A program made the position numbers and the translations under genes. The notes beneath the pieces were generated by a model, which saw nothing but the letters and a program-made list of their open reading frames with translations, searched no databases and was not told the DNA's origin. DNA of 64,000 bases from Zootoca vivipara (lineage: Eukaryota), in NCBI RefSeq assembly GCF_963506605.1, contig NC_083276.1, positions 99,014,001 to 99,078,000 of the forward strand. Reading direction: 5' to 3'. Of this stretch, positions 39,829-52,447 are shown piece after piece (position 1 is the stretch's first letter; every line of letters begins with the position of its first letter).

Positions 39829-41084
39829 GTTCCCTCCAATCTTTAGCTGTTAGGCCAGAGGTGGAACCTGCAAATATGCCAAGGAGTAAGGAGAGACCTG
39901 CCTGGACTATATTCTGATTCAGCTTATTATGTTTATTTGGTTGTTTGCAGATCTTCAATGTAGTGAATAAATATATTTGAACGAATCTAGTCTTCTTTAA
40001 AGGTGTGCTGGCAAAGGACCATATGAGCATCAATTTGAACTAAATTTCAAAAGATCAGTTCATTACATCCCTTTTAATAAATCTAACAAATATTTTGGTC
40101 CCTTAATGTTTTCAACTTTAAAAGATATCCTTTAATATTAAGTAAAATTGCAGAAAACATTTGCAGAAAAAAACAGCTGTGTTTGTTTCTTTCAGCAAAT
40201 TACATTTTGATTATATTTTTTACCAATCTTGTATCATGCTCTACTACTAAAGATTATTATAGTTTATCTGATGAGATGAGATATCTCACTGACATTTATC
40301 GAGCTGGAAAATATTATTTGCTCTTTGCTGCCAATCAAATGGTTGACTCATACATTTAGTAGAGTTGCCTTTTTTTCTGGCAAGTCAACTACATCATTAA
40401 AAAATGTATATCGGGGAGAAATTCTACAGTTGAAGGTTCTCGACTCCCTTTATATCTATGCTGGATATGCAACTCTTAAATTTCATTCATACAGATTATA
40501 ATTCATTCAGAAAATTTGAAAACAAACAAACAAATGGATGCAAGATTGTAAAGGAAGAGGAAATGACTTAGTATCCCACAAAATACTGGAAAATTCCTTA
40601 GGCCTGCATTAATTACTTGCATTTCTAGACTGGTGTTGTGATCCTGAAGGCAATAACTTTTTGAAGATGTGGGAATGTTTTCTTGTAAACATGGATATGT
40701 ATGAAGGTAATCACCATGCTTTAGATACCCATACAATATCTGATGTGGGGGTTCTTATGTAATAATGCTTCACATTCATTTCTACTCAGAGGACAAATCC
40801 AGAATCTTAGTGCATACACTGAGTATCTGTTTTCACTGACCTTGCAAGCAAACCTATATACATCAGAGATCAGATCCTAAATATATCACTGGATCAAAAC
40901 GAATGTATTTGTGAAAGGAATCAATACATTCCTTTGGCCTCTGAGTCACTTTCAGAATTCATTTCTGAGTCACTTTCAGAATTCGTGCATTTTATGTGGG
41001 TCCATGTACTACCAGTTCACCAGTACTAAGCAGTATTGGCTTAGGCATTGGCATCAACAGACTATATCTGACTCCTGCCTGTCT

Positions 41085-41418
41085 TGTAAGGATATACCAC
41101 CAGTACGGGGAGCCCCGCTGATGTGGATCGACTTGAGCATCCCCTGGGTTCCCGCTGGGGTCATGGCATGGCCCTAGCCCCTCCTGGGCTTCAGATGAGA
41201 TCCACACCCCCGGATTCCTTTAACAGAATACCCTTGAGCACGGAGGGGCAGGTGATTGCAGGGGCGATTCCACGTCATGCCGTGGTTTAAATTGATTTGC
41301 CTGATTGGCCGCTTGGCTAACTGGTGTGGCTGGGCCTCCCCAGTGTAAGGCAGGATGCAGTCCCATCCCACATGCTATGGGGGGAGGCTTGGCAGCACGC
41401 CCGCAATGCGTCCCCACA
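41085..41418 (-). mobile_element. CpG-rich LTR-like repeat, unclassified
   Basis: TG..CA ends; CCAAT, tttaaa and tgacgt motifs on the minus strand; GC/CpG jump versus flanks; no TSD. Confidence 0.35.
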
Positions 41419-44400
41419 AGGAGGTGGAGCTGATATATCAATATGCAACTTTGAAGCTAAACAGTACCCCAGTCCAACAGCCTGTTCAGTAGGCACAGCT
41501 TTTGTAGCTAGAGTCAGTCAGTGCCTTGCCCTCCCAGGCCAGGTGCAAAAAGGCCTGCAGGGCAGGAAGTAGATCTTTCAGGACTGCACAACTTTTGACT
41601 AGTCACTCTCTCTGGCTAATACTACCCTATCTTTCTGGTTTGTATGGGAATTTGAGAAAGGTGCCCGGGGGCGGGATCAGGTACTCCAAACTGAGCTCTT
41701 AAGAGAAAGAGTGGAATAATAATAAATAGTAGTAGTATTAGTGAGCTGCAAAGGTGACTTCTGGGTAAAGTTGTGCTGCGAGTGTAGTGGCCACTGGTGT
41801 ACACACATATCCAACGCAATTTTTCATCTTCAGGTATTTTCAGCTTTAATAGAAATCTTCTCTGTAGGTAGGTAACCTTACATTTCTGGGGAATTCAGCA
41901 TCCAGACCTATCAATCTTGGGGAGAAAATCTTCTAGCACAGACATTTTTGTGTGTGAAGGGCAGATGAAACTGGCCTCTGTGCTTCAAGGACTCTAATGC
42001 CCAGCTTCTTATCAGTACCAACAAGGAAGTATGCAAATTGTATTTCTTCAAAGAAATGGGAAAACCTGAAATGTGTGGTACAACAATGGAGATACTAGCC
42101 GTGCGCTATTGTAGTCAGATCATAATCTCACCTAGGCAGTATATTAGACACAAAGAAATATATAGCTAGTACAAAAAATCAATTGTACCTATGCAAAATT
42201 CAGCCAAGACCAAATTGATTCAACTGCGACTTTCTTAGAGTCATCAAAAGAAATGGCATTCTTTGGTGCTTTAATGCTTTCAGTTTAGATATCAATGAGG
42301 GAAACAATGGTTTACCAATTATCCTTTCAGGAGGGTGCTTATTTAAATTAAAAACATTATTACATATGCAACCGTTTAAGTGGGGGAAGAGAAAGCAACT
42401 TGGAATATGATCAGCATTCAGTGAAACAATTCTATACCTTTGGTCTTTGAAAGCAATTCTTTGCTTTATAATTATTTGGAGTCTGGATTAAAGTAGCGGC
42501 TCAAAGAGATATTAGGCAGCAGAACTTGTGTGCAAAATGTTGTCCCTGCTAATTAAATTTTCTTAGGTATTTTCCTCATTTGATTACTTTATGGTATGAA
42601 GTTGGCAATTAGATAACCAGCAGACCATATATACACATCTTATAGGTGAACCCTTCCCACCACCACCACCACCCAGTGTTAACAAAAGAACAATGGGTCT
42701 TATCTCTGCTTTTTTCTGTTTTATATGCCAGTACATTGCTGCTGAAAATATTATACCCTAACATTGTGAAAAATGTGAAATGTCTTTCACAATAAGTAAA
42801 TGTGAAAAATCAATTTCAAAGAAAAAACCCACATATCATAAAATGTAAATATTTAATATCCCTTCATAATTTTATTCGATGGGAAGGGTAGTCTGGTTGC
42901 CCTCTTTGGATACTATCCAAGCTAGTAGTTATTCCCCTGTAGGATGAAATTCTGTAGTGGAAGAGGCTTGTTATGTGGTCGAGCCATTGCCTTTGTTAAC
43001 AGACTTGGCTAGAGCCAAAAACGTAAGTATCTCTTTTCATAACTAATGCATACAAGTGACTGGGTGCCACAGAAATCACCAGATATTTCCAAAAGAGGGA
43101 ACAAGTCTCTCCCCCATTTTCTGACTCGAGGCAATGTTATCAATAGTGCGAGAGAACAGTAGACAAGGACCAGCCTCAACTGGAATTGGGAAGAGAGATG
43201 TTCTGCCTTGCTTTTTGTGCTGAGCCCAGAGGTGTGCCTTGGGGACAGTGGCTTAGAAATCAAATGGGATAGCAATATATGTTAGGCTATATGAAGCACT
43301 AGAATTCAAAGTCGTGCCAGAGGCTGGCAAGATCATACCATAAAACTGAGGCCTTTCATGTGCAACTGATGAATGCTGTCCATGAATGCTGACCCCATGG
43401 TGGTCTTATTGGGTGGGATTGGACCCCTTGGTGGGTGGGATCAGGCCTCTGCATCCATTATGCAAACCCCAGAAGTGAAGGTCGTCCAGAGTTTGGGGGC
43501 CAAAATGGAAAGGCTTCTGTTTCTGTTTGGGCTCGTGGCTGACTGTGAGAATAAACAGAGTTAAAATCTTCTTGCTGTCTGGCAGCTTCCTCCTCCTTAG
43601 CCTCAGAGTTGCCCTTCTCGAACTCTGCAGGGAGAAGGATGGAAGCACATCTAAAATTAGTTCACTTTGCCTGACATTGGTTCTGGCTCCACCTGTTGTT
43701 CTCCCTGCCTTTTCATCTTGCCAGTCTCAATGGACAACAGATTCACTGGGGGCACAAAACACTGTGAATGAGGTCTTAGAAGAACCACTCCACTGCTCTT
43801 GGGGAACTTTTGTTTGTATCATATGTGCTAAAGCAGGGGAGATGCCTGCCTCCGTGGTTAGGTAGATTATTGACTATCCAGCAGTCAGGTTTAGATTATG
43901 AAAGTCTTTTTTTTTAAGGGGGCTGATTCCTGAAGTGTGTTGATAGTGTTAAACTAAACAGTCAATCCATTACTAGGCAATCACCCTTTCAGGGCAACCC
44001 ACAATTTAGTTTGCATTAGTAAGAATTTCCCAACTTGCCTAGAAATAGACTGAAATACGGCTGAAATTTCACTATGGTATTCTAATTTTTAATTTCCCAC
44101 AAATCTGAAATGGAGGACGAAAAAACCCCAAAGGCTCTTTTCACCTTGTTACCTATGTATTGCAGACTGAATGGTTTATATATGGAAACTAAGCTGTTTT
44201 ACGGCAGTCCCTCATGGAAGATACTGGAATCCATTTTGTGCAGAGTAGGCATAAAAATGGCCGAAATGTGAGCAGGATGCGGCAAAATGAGACAAGGATG
44301 TGTGCATTTAGAGGCACAATTGCTTCTTCCAATAATGACTTGAGGGGAACAGCATGGCAAAAATCTGCATTGGTGTTACCCTCATAGAAGCAATTCCTAC

Positions 44401-44458
44401 CAAAGAAAATGAACAGGAAACAAAAGAGGGATATGAATGAGAAACTACAGGCCGTATT

Positions 44459-47333
44459 GTTGTTGTTGTTGTTTAGTCGTTTAGTCGTGTCCGACTCTTC
44501 GTGACCCCATGGACCAGAGCACGCCAGGCACTCCTGTCTTGCACTGCCTCCCGCAGTTTGGTCAAACTCATGTTCGTAGCTTCGAGAACACTGTCCAACC
44601 ATCTTGTCCTCTGTCGTCCCCTTCTCCTAGTGCCCTCAATCTTTCCCAACATCAGGGTCTTTTCCAAGGATTCTTCTCTTCTCATGAGGTGGCCAAAGTA
44701 TTGGAGCCTCAGCTTCACGATCTGTCCTTCCAGGGAGCACTCAGGGCTGATTTCCTTAAGAATGGATAGGTTTGATCTTCTTGCAGTCCATGGGACTCTC
44801 AAGAGTCTCCTCCAGCACCATAATTCAAAAGCATCAATTCTTCGGCGATCAGCCTTCTTTATGGTCCAACTCTCACTTCCATACATCACTACTGGGAAAA
44901 CCATAGCTTTAACTATACGGACCTTTGTCGGCAAGGTGATGTCTCTGCTTTTTAAGATGCTGTCTAGGTTTGTCATTGCTTTTCTCCCAAGAAGCAGGCG
45001 TCTTTTAATTTCGTGACTGCTGTCACCATCTGCAGTGATCAAGGAGCCCAAGAAAGTAAAATCTCTCACTGCCTCCATTTCTTCCCCTTCTATTTGCCAG
45101 GAGGTGATGGGACCAGTGGCCATGATCTTGGTTTTTTTGATGTTGAGCTTCAGACCATATTTTGCGCTCTCCTCTTTCACCCTCATTAAAAGGTTCTTTA
45201 ATTCCTCCTCGCTTTCTGCCATCAAGGTTGTGTCATCTGCATATCTGAGGTTGTTGATATTTCTTCCAGCAATCTTAATTCCGGCTTGGGATTCATCTAG
45301 TCCAGCCTTTCGCATGATGAATTCTGCATATAAGTTAAATAAGCAGAGAGACAATATACAACCTTGTCGTACTCCTTTCCCAATTTTGAACCAATCAGTT
45401 GTTCCATATCCAGTTCTAACTGTAGCTTCTTGTCCCACATAGAGATTTCTCAGGAGACAGATGAGGTGATCAGGCACTCCCATTTCTTTAAGAACTTGCC
45501 ATAGTTTGCTGTGGTCGACACAGTCAAAGGCTTTTGCATAGTCAATGAAGCAGAAGTAGACGTTTTTCTGGAACTCTCTAGCTTTCTCCATAATCCAGCG
45601 CATGTTTGCTATTTGGTCTCTGGTTCCTCTGCCCTTTCGAAATCCAGCTTGCACTTCTGGGAGTTCTCGGTCCACATACTGCCTAAGCCTGCCTTGTAGA
45701 ATTTTAAGCATAACCTTGCTAGCGTGTGAAATGAGCGCAATTGTGCGGTAGTTGCAGCATTCTTTGGCACTGCCCTTCTTTGGAATTGGGATGTAGACTG
45801 ATCTTCTCCAATCCTCTGGCCATTGCTGAGTTTTCCAAACTTGCTGGCATATTGGGTATAGCACCTTAACAGCATCATCTTTTAAAATTTTAAACAGTTC
45901 AGCTGGAATATCATCACTTCCACTGGCCTTGTTATTAGCAATGCTTTCTAAGGCCCATTTGACTTCACTCTCCAAGATGTCTGGCTCAAGGTCAGCAACC
46001 ACACTACCTGAGGTGTACGAGACCTCCATATCTTTCTGGTATAATTCCTCTGTGTATTCTTGCCACCTCTTCTTGATGTCTTCTGCTTCTGTTAGGTCCT
46101 TACCACTTTTGTCCTTGATTATGGTAATCTTTGTACGAAATGTTCCTTTCATATCTCCAATTTTCTTGAACAGATCTCTGGTTTTCCCCATTCTATTGTT
46201 TTCCTCTATTTCTTTGCATTGCTCATTTAAGAAGACCCTCTTGTCTCTCCTTGCTGTTTTTTGGAAATCTGCATTCAGTTTCCTGTATCTTTCCCTATCT
46301 CCCTTGCATTTTGCTTGCCTCCTCTCCTCCGCTATTTGTAAGGCCTCGTTGGACAGCCATTTTGCTTTCTTGCATTTCCTTTTCCTTGGGATGGTTTTCA
46401 TTGCTGCCTCCTGTATAATGTTACGAGCCTCCATCCATAGTTCTTCAGGCACTCTGTCCACCAAATCTAAATCCTTAAACCTGTTCCTCACTTCCACTGT
46501 GTATTCATAAGGGATTTGATTCAGATTGTATCTTACTGGCCCAGTGTTTTTTCCTACTTTCTTCAGTTTAAGCTGGAATTTTGCTATAAGAAGCTGATGA
46601 TCTGAGTTACAGTCAGCTCCAGGTCTTGTTTTTGCTGACTGTATAGAGCTTCTCCATCTTTGGCTGCAGAGAATATAATCAATCTGATTTCGATGCTGTC
46701 CATTTGGTGATATCCATGTGTAGAGTCGTCTCTTGTGTTGTTGGAATAGAGTGTTTGTGATGACCAGCTTGTTCTCTTGACAGAACTCTATTAGCCTTTG
46801 CCCTGCTTCATTTTGAACTCCAAGGCCAAACTTGCCAGTTGTTCCTTTTATCTCTTGATTCCCTACTTTAGCATTCCAGTCCCCTGTAATGAGAAGAACA
46901 TCCTTCTTTGGTGTCATTTCTAGAAGGTGTTGTAGGTCTTCATAGAATTGGTCAATTTCACTTTCTTCAGCACCGGTAGTTGGTGCATAAACTTGGATTA
47001 CTGTGATGTTAAAAGGTCTGCCTTGGATTCGTATCGAGATCATTCTGTCATTTTTGAGATTGCATCCCATTACAGCTTTTGCCACTCTTTTGTTGACTAT
47101 GAGGGCCACTCCATTTCTGCTACAGGATTCTTGCCCACAGTAGTAGATATGATAGTCATCCGAACTGAATTCGCCCATTCCCTTCCATTTTAGTTCGCTG
47201 ATGCCCAGGATGTCGATATTTATTCTTGTCATCTCATTTTTGACCACATCCAGCTTACCTCCACTCATGGTTCTTACATTCCAGGTTCCTATGCAATATT
47301 TTTCTTTACAGCATCGGACTTTCCTTTCGCTTC
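44459..47333 (-). mobile_element. Young RTE-BovB LINE, truncated at the start of its ORF
   Basis: (CAA)n tail; 11-bp TSD caggccgtatt (44448-44458, 47334-47344); intact ORF. Confidence 0.97.
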
Positions 47334-47337
47334 CAGG
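44473..47337 (-). CDS. BovB ORF (APE endonuclease + reverse transcriptase), uninterrupted but lacking an ATG before the endonuclease
   Basis: GTWNVR, GISE, QVYAPT, GDWNAK, NQIDY, SDH; YRTIAL, FIDYAKAFD, QGCILS, YADD (45232-45243); ends KSRTRLND*. Confidence 0.93.
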   Translation of the reverse strand, partial: PGSERKVRCCKEKYCIGTWNVRTMSGGKLDVVKNEMTRINIDILGISELKWKGMGEFSSDDYHIYYCGQESCSRNGVALIVNKRVAKAVMGCNLKNDRMISIRIQGRPFNITVIQVYAPTTGAEESEIDQFYEDLQHLLEMTPKKDVLLITGDWNAKVGNQEIKGTTGKFGLGVQNEAGQRLIEFCQENKLVITNTLFQQHKRRLYTWISPNGQHRNQIDYILCSQRWRSSIQSAKTRPGADCNSDHQLLIAKFQLKLKKVGKNTGPVRYNLNQIPYEYTVEVRNRFKDLDLVDRVPEELWMEARNIIQEAAMKTIPRKRKCKKAKWLSNEALQIAEERRQAKCKGDRERYRKLNADFQKTARRDKRVFLNEQCKEIEENNRMGKTRDLFKKIGDMKGTFRTKITIIKDKSGKDLTEAEDIKKRWQEYTEELYQKDMEVSYTSGSVVADLEPDILESEVKWALESIANNKASGSDDIPAELFKILKDDAVKVLYPICQQVWKTQQWPEDWRRSVYIPIPKKGSAKECCNYRTIALISHASKVMLKILQGRLRQYVDRELPEVQAGFRKGRGTRDQIANMRWIMEKAREFQKNVYFCFIDYAKAFDCVDHSKLWQVLKEMGVPDHLICLLRNLYVGQEATVRTGYGTTDWFKIGKGVRQGCILSLCLFNLYAEFIMRKAGLDESQAGIKIAGRNINNLRYADDTTLMAESEEELKNLLMRVKEESAKYGLKLNIKKTKIMATGPITSWQIEGEEMEAVRDFTFLGSLITADGDSSHEIKRRLLLGRKAMTNLDSILKSRDITLPTKVRIVKAMVFPVVMYGSESWTIKKADRRRIDAFELWCWRRLLRVPWTARRSNLSILKEISPECSLEGQIVKLRLQYFGHLMRREESLEKTLMLGKIEGTRRRGRQRTRWLDSVLEATNMSLTKLREAVQDRSAWRALVHGVTKSRTRLND

Positions 47338-50300
47338 CCGTATTACCAAAGAGGAAAGGGGACAAGTGACTTTAAATTCCACCCAACCACATAGTCACCA
47401 AATGATCTCTCAGCCTTACAGGCTTTAGAGCATTGTTGCAAGGGTAAAAGCATATTTGAGAATTAAAAGTGCAATTTCAGTACATTTTAATTCACTTTTT
47501 AAGGATATAATTTAACTTGATTAATTATTTTAATTGAACTTCAGCCTTCATGGGAATTACTTTGAGTCTTCCAGTATCAGTTATGTACATTTCTATGCAG
47601 CAGTTGAATTTTTTAGTGGATGATATAAAACAATTCCAAACAAAATGACATTTTTTCAATACACACCATACTAACACTTCAGTTATTCAGTGTAGCGGAC
47701 ATAAAACAAATACAATACAAGATAGCAAAGTTGCATTTCTATACACGTTTCACAACATTTATATTTAATAAATGCTTTACTACCAACCTACAAGACATAT
47801 ATCATTATCCAGCAACAGGGATCTGATCCTATAATTTACCAATATTAACTTTTTTGTGCCTTAATTTATCTCTTCGTAGCAAAAATCTGTCTTTTTTGTC
47901 TTATACCTGTACAATGCTAAGGGCTAAAGAAAGAAATATAGTGTATATAAGCTCAAAAGAATCTATTTACTACTTTAACATTTCTCAAGTCATACATTAA
48001 CATTTAGCAAGTCATAAAGAATTTACATCTCTAAGCTATTTGTGTGTAATAGAGGTTAGCAATATGCATATCATGCTGAATATGAGCAGCATTTACAAAA
48101 TGAATTCAGTCCACCTCAAATTGTAAATAGGTTATACAAGTAGCATTGCTCAACTAATAAAACATATATGGCCCCCAAAATATTGTAAGAAAATCAGAAG
48201 ACTCAACTGGATTTAAACTGGGCCAACATGTTATTGATGCAACCATATATGATTTGCAAAAGGGCTTATAGTGGATAAGCACACTAAGAAAATCTAATTC
48301 AATGTGGTAGGGACTGGATCTGATACAGTACCATCTAACAGGTTGCACCCCAGGTGGGAATGTCCAAGGGGCACAGCCCTCTCCTAGTCTGCAAACTGTA
48401 ATAAAGACCATGGGTTACTGAGGCTCACCTAGGTCCATTCATCCACCAAACTCTAAACTTCTTAAGTTCCATTGGGTGTGCTAGGGGTTCATCAGCATCT
48501 TTAGAAGGAGTAAATCCTAAGGGGATTACAATTTAACTCCCTTTCTTCAACCTCACTTTGAATGCTGGTCAATTATTGTGGTCAATTATTCTGGTTCCAC
48601 ATAAAGCTGCTCTTTTCACTTAAACATTACTAACACTTAGTGACATTTAGAACCAGCAAGGAAGACACTACAAAGCAGGCAAAACCCCTCCCCACAAAAA
48701 ACAAGGAAAATTCCTGCATATCCCCCAGAGTGGATGGAGATGAGCTCCAACTCCTTTTGCTATATTAAACATTCTGTTACCTGGTCCTTAGAACTGTAAG
48801 CTCAATACAACCTGCACACCTAGTGGTGGCAGCTAGTTTCCACTTGACATGCTTCCAGCTACTCATTCGTTTGTTTTTGCCACCTTGTAAATTCTTAAGT
48901 CCTCCTCAGATTTATAGACTGAATAATAGTTCTAGTCTACAATTGGGATAAATGAGGAATATAGGCATTCTGGCAATGCCCAAGAGTTGAGTATTTGGCA
49001 TATCAACATAAATCAAAAGCTGTCCGGTGATTTTATAATAACCAAGGTGATTCCTGGAAGAAATGTCAACGTCATTTCTAAAATGCAGTAAGAGACAACA
49101 AAAGTAGGTCAACAGATCAGCAGTGCATGAAGTCAGATTAAACTGCAACCACATTTCCGCAGAGCAAAAATTTAAGATGGGGTCATTTGCAGCTTACTGA
49201 ATGTGAATTTGATGGATGAATCTACAGGAGATTCCTTTGGAATGTTGCAAAATATTTTATGTAACCATTCTTTCTTAGTAAATGTCATTTCATACATTTT
49301 GCCCCTGCTGTGATCACTTTCCACATTCAAAGATGAGACTTACCATGAATTTTAAACTCACAATCCTGAGTATGTGTGGAATAGGAATGCTGAGAGCAAG
49401 ACCAAGCCTTTAGGCATAGCCCTAAGCTAACAAGAGTGTTGTGACTCCTAAATACAGCATTAAATCACAATGGCTCTTCTGTTCCTTCCTGAGTCACAGG
49501 CGATATTTTTCTGACAAACATCAATGGCTTATTGGTAAGCCAAATACATTTTACTTGGGCCTTGTAACTGGCCGAGATATGTGAAGAAGGAAGCCTTTAG
49601 TCTTTTGCAGTCTTTGTTTACTCTTCCAGTGAACGACTAATGCCTATATGCATCTTGTTTACTGCTTTCTGCTTGAGCATCTGAAGTAGGTGTTCTGGTC
49701 TTACAAAGATAATTGACTTAAGTGAAGCTATTCTTCTGCTTAGTTTTAATACTGGGGGAAAGGGAGAGTCAAAACTAGACATTAAGTAGGACAGGAGAAT
49801 GTGCTGCCAGCCTTAGGTCTTCTTTTCTGCAGACAATGCACAAAATATTAAATTGTAGTAGCAAGATACTATTATAGCAGCTGTCCAACCATTTCCTTTG
49901 TTAGAAAACTTACTGGTTAATAATCCTGGGTGAATGGCTGTTGTTCTCTCAGTGGAAGCTAATGGTTTGGACATAGTTGGGAATTTATTTCTTGTGCTTG
50001 AGTGAGACACCCATTAGAACATGCGGAAAGTAGCATTGAATGCCTCCTTTCCACCACAGCCCCCCATTTTTAAGAGGACTGGGCAGGTGAATGTTGTGCA
50101 TATTTGTGTGAATAACCAGCAGTTTTTGCAGTTGGAAAAGTTGGGCAGAAGAAGAGACAAACCTAGGAAGTATCCAAAGACATCTTTGAAGATGAAAGTC
50201 ATCTCCCTAGGAATTTGATGTGAGAGAGTAAATTTGTTGCTTTGTAGGAGTACCTGCAATTTGCTTCCACGTGTGCTTTTTTTTTACTTAAAGGAAATAC

Positions 50301-51439
50301 CACAAGAACACCATAAATCTCCAATATTCTCACCTCTTAGGGAATATGGAGCAATATGAATTCTCATTTACAGTGGAATGACTTTTAATGCTTTTTCTGC
50401 CACCATTATTGTCCCGTCAAGCTTTGGTAGCAGAAGGAGAGAAGAGAGCTTCAGCAAGAACAGAGAAATACTTGTCTATAGGTAGGAAAGCTCCAGTTTT
50501 TTGCTGGGGTATGCCAGGGGCCACTCCTCATCTTCAGTGAGGCAGGATGCTCAAGAATTAACCCTTTTGTTTCCCATCTCTGCCTGCTGTGTTTATTCCA
50601 TACTGATGTTTCTTCTGACTATTGTTCCATGTGTTGTTAAATTACAATTCACAAGCCATCTATTAAGCGTAAAATGCATTTAAAAAGAAGAAAATATGAA
50701 TTAAAGCAAAGCTTTATTTTTCTTTTCTTTTCTTTTCTTTTTATAAAAAAGTCACATCAGTAAGAATAATGAATAAAGTTTGATAAATTTGGGCATCCTT
50801 ACTAGCATTTTGTGAACAGGGAACAAAAGCCTAAATTTGTCCAATAATTTATTCACTATTAATTGTTTGTTCTGCTCTATCTACCATTATGCTGAGATAA
50901 TTTGGACATGCCATATTTTGTTGTTTGCTCAGCTTTTCTACTGGAAAACCTTTTTTTCAAAAAATAATAATGTGATAACATAAAATGGTATGTTTAGACA
51001 AATATGTTTAATGCTTAGTTAAAATGTTTCACTCAGTATATTTCTCCCATTGAAAAGACTCTGTATATTTTGCCCATTGGAAAGACTGCAAAAATCTCTC
51101 TCTCTTTTTAGCCAATTAGACTTCTTGCATACTTAGTAGATTTACCTTGTACTGTACATAATACACTGTTTATACTTAATATAATGTGTTTTATTCTGAG
51201 GAAAGAAATTATTCACAGCTACATTTCTGGCAGTTAAATTACACTTGCTTGTAGTTTCACCTGCCTACTGCCCTTTATATATTCTGAATATTATCATATT
51301 CTTCTGAAGTCCATAGCAAATATAAGTCAATCCCTTTGAAAACCTAGCACACAAGGGAGGCCCATTACTGGGCTTCAGCTGAGACATCATTAGTTTGAAG
51401 CTATGACTTCACCTGGATCTGAAGCTGACTTGATTCCTC

Positions 51440-52140
51440 AAATATCATTCTCAGCCTTTAGTTGTGGGTCACCTTTTGAGCAGGAAGGCTTACAAGATCT
51501 CCTGCTGAAAGGAGGGAGGGAGGGGTTCCCACGTGGCCTCTTTGGGCCAGTAGGCTTGTGAGAGGAAACCTCCTATATACAGGAGGTCATTCCCCTGTGT
51601 CCCTATTCTCCTCATCTTTCAGCTTCTTGCCCTCCCTTCCCATGATTTGAGCAGTGTGGGTCTTGCCAGTTACCGTATGGGGTAAGTAGGAATTGTTAGG
51701 GTCCTCTCCGATTAACTTTGGTTCTTAATTTAATTGGGCTGGCTTTAATCTGGCTGCTGCCTGTTGGTATACTGTGTGGGCAGGGAAGTTGAGTTTTAAA
51801 ATGGACAGCACCTTCAGGCATGCTGAGTGAGTGGTACACCATCAATCTCCTCCTCTTGTCAATGGGGTTGGAGGGCAGCTTGGTTTTGTGCCGTCAGGAA
51901 TTCATGTGTGCCACATGGTGATGGTGGGAGTACCTTGCACAGGTCAGGTCACCCACTCATGACTTCCTTTTAGGAGAAGATGCTGTTGATCTACCATTAG
52001 GCCTTTGTGGGTGGAGGAGCTCCTCTGGGGTGCTTTGACTCTCTACCCATACATATTTTGTTTGATTTGTGCAAGTTCTTTCCCTATTATATTATTAAAT
52101 AGAACCTTTAACTCAATTCTTTAGAGTGGAGTCTTCATTT
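51440..52140 (+). mobile_element. Unclassified GC-rich interspersed repeat, possibly a Ngaro/DIRS-derived relic
   Basis: Compositional shift, TATA-like ctatataca and ggtcttgccagttaccg..gtaggaatt motif recalled from squamate repeats; not verified. Confidence 0.3.
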
Positions 52141-52162
52141 TAGGTGTCAGGTAAAAGGCTTA

Positions 52163-52447
52163 GTTACAGGTAGGTAGCCGTGTTGGTCTGAGTCAAAGCA
52201 AAATAGAAAAAAATTCCTTCAGTAGCACCTTAAAGACCAACTAAGTTTTTATTTTGGTATGAGCTTTCGTGTGCATGTACACTTCTTCAGATACACTTGA
52301 AAAAGAAGTGTCAGACCCTTATATATATATACAGAGGGTGGTGGGGGTGGGTGGGAATGGGTGATGGGCTGATGGGAGTGGTAAACCTGTAGATGGCTGT
52401 TAATGACTGCTGATGACTGCAATTAGTCCTGGAGGGGGGGGGGAGCA
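52163..52447 (-). mobile_element. Penelope-like element terminal (pseudo-LTR) fragment
   Basis: 14-bp TSD aggtaaaaggctta (52149-52162, 52448-52461); C-rich tract, TATA tract, hammerhead motif; shared 3' end cacggctacctacctgtaact. Confidence 0.85.
52257..52294 (-). ncRNA. Minimal type I hammerhead ribozyme motif
   Basis: GUAU-CUGAAGA-A-GUGUACAUGCACAC-GAAA-GC-UC-AUAC: helix I GUAU/AUAC, conserved core, helix II GUGU/ACAC, palindromic AGCU in place of helix III. Confidence 0.8.

Noticed and set aside
47338-47382. N-terminal extension of the 969-aa ORF suggesting a host-BovB fusion
   Set aside because: Starts at GTG in flank/TSD; chance open frame with no splice or promoter evidence
44501-47428. 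Plus-strand ORFs up to 193 aa over BovB, and minus-strand ORFs over CR1
   Set aside because: Antisense shadows of LINE ORFs
47690-48430. AT-rich stretch resembling an L1 3' end
   Set aside because: Only a weak RWY motif; insufficient support
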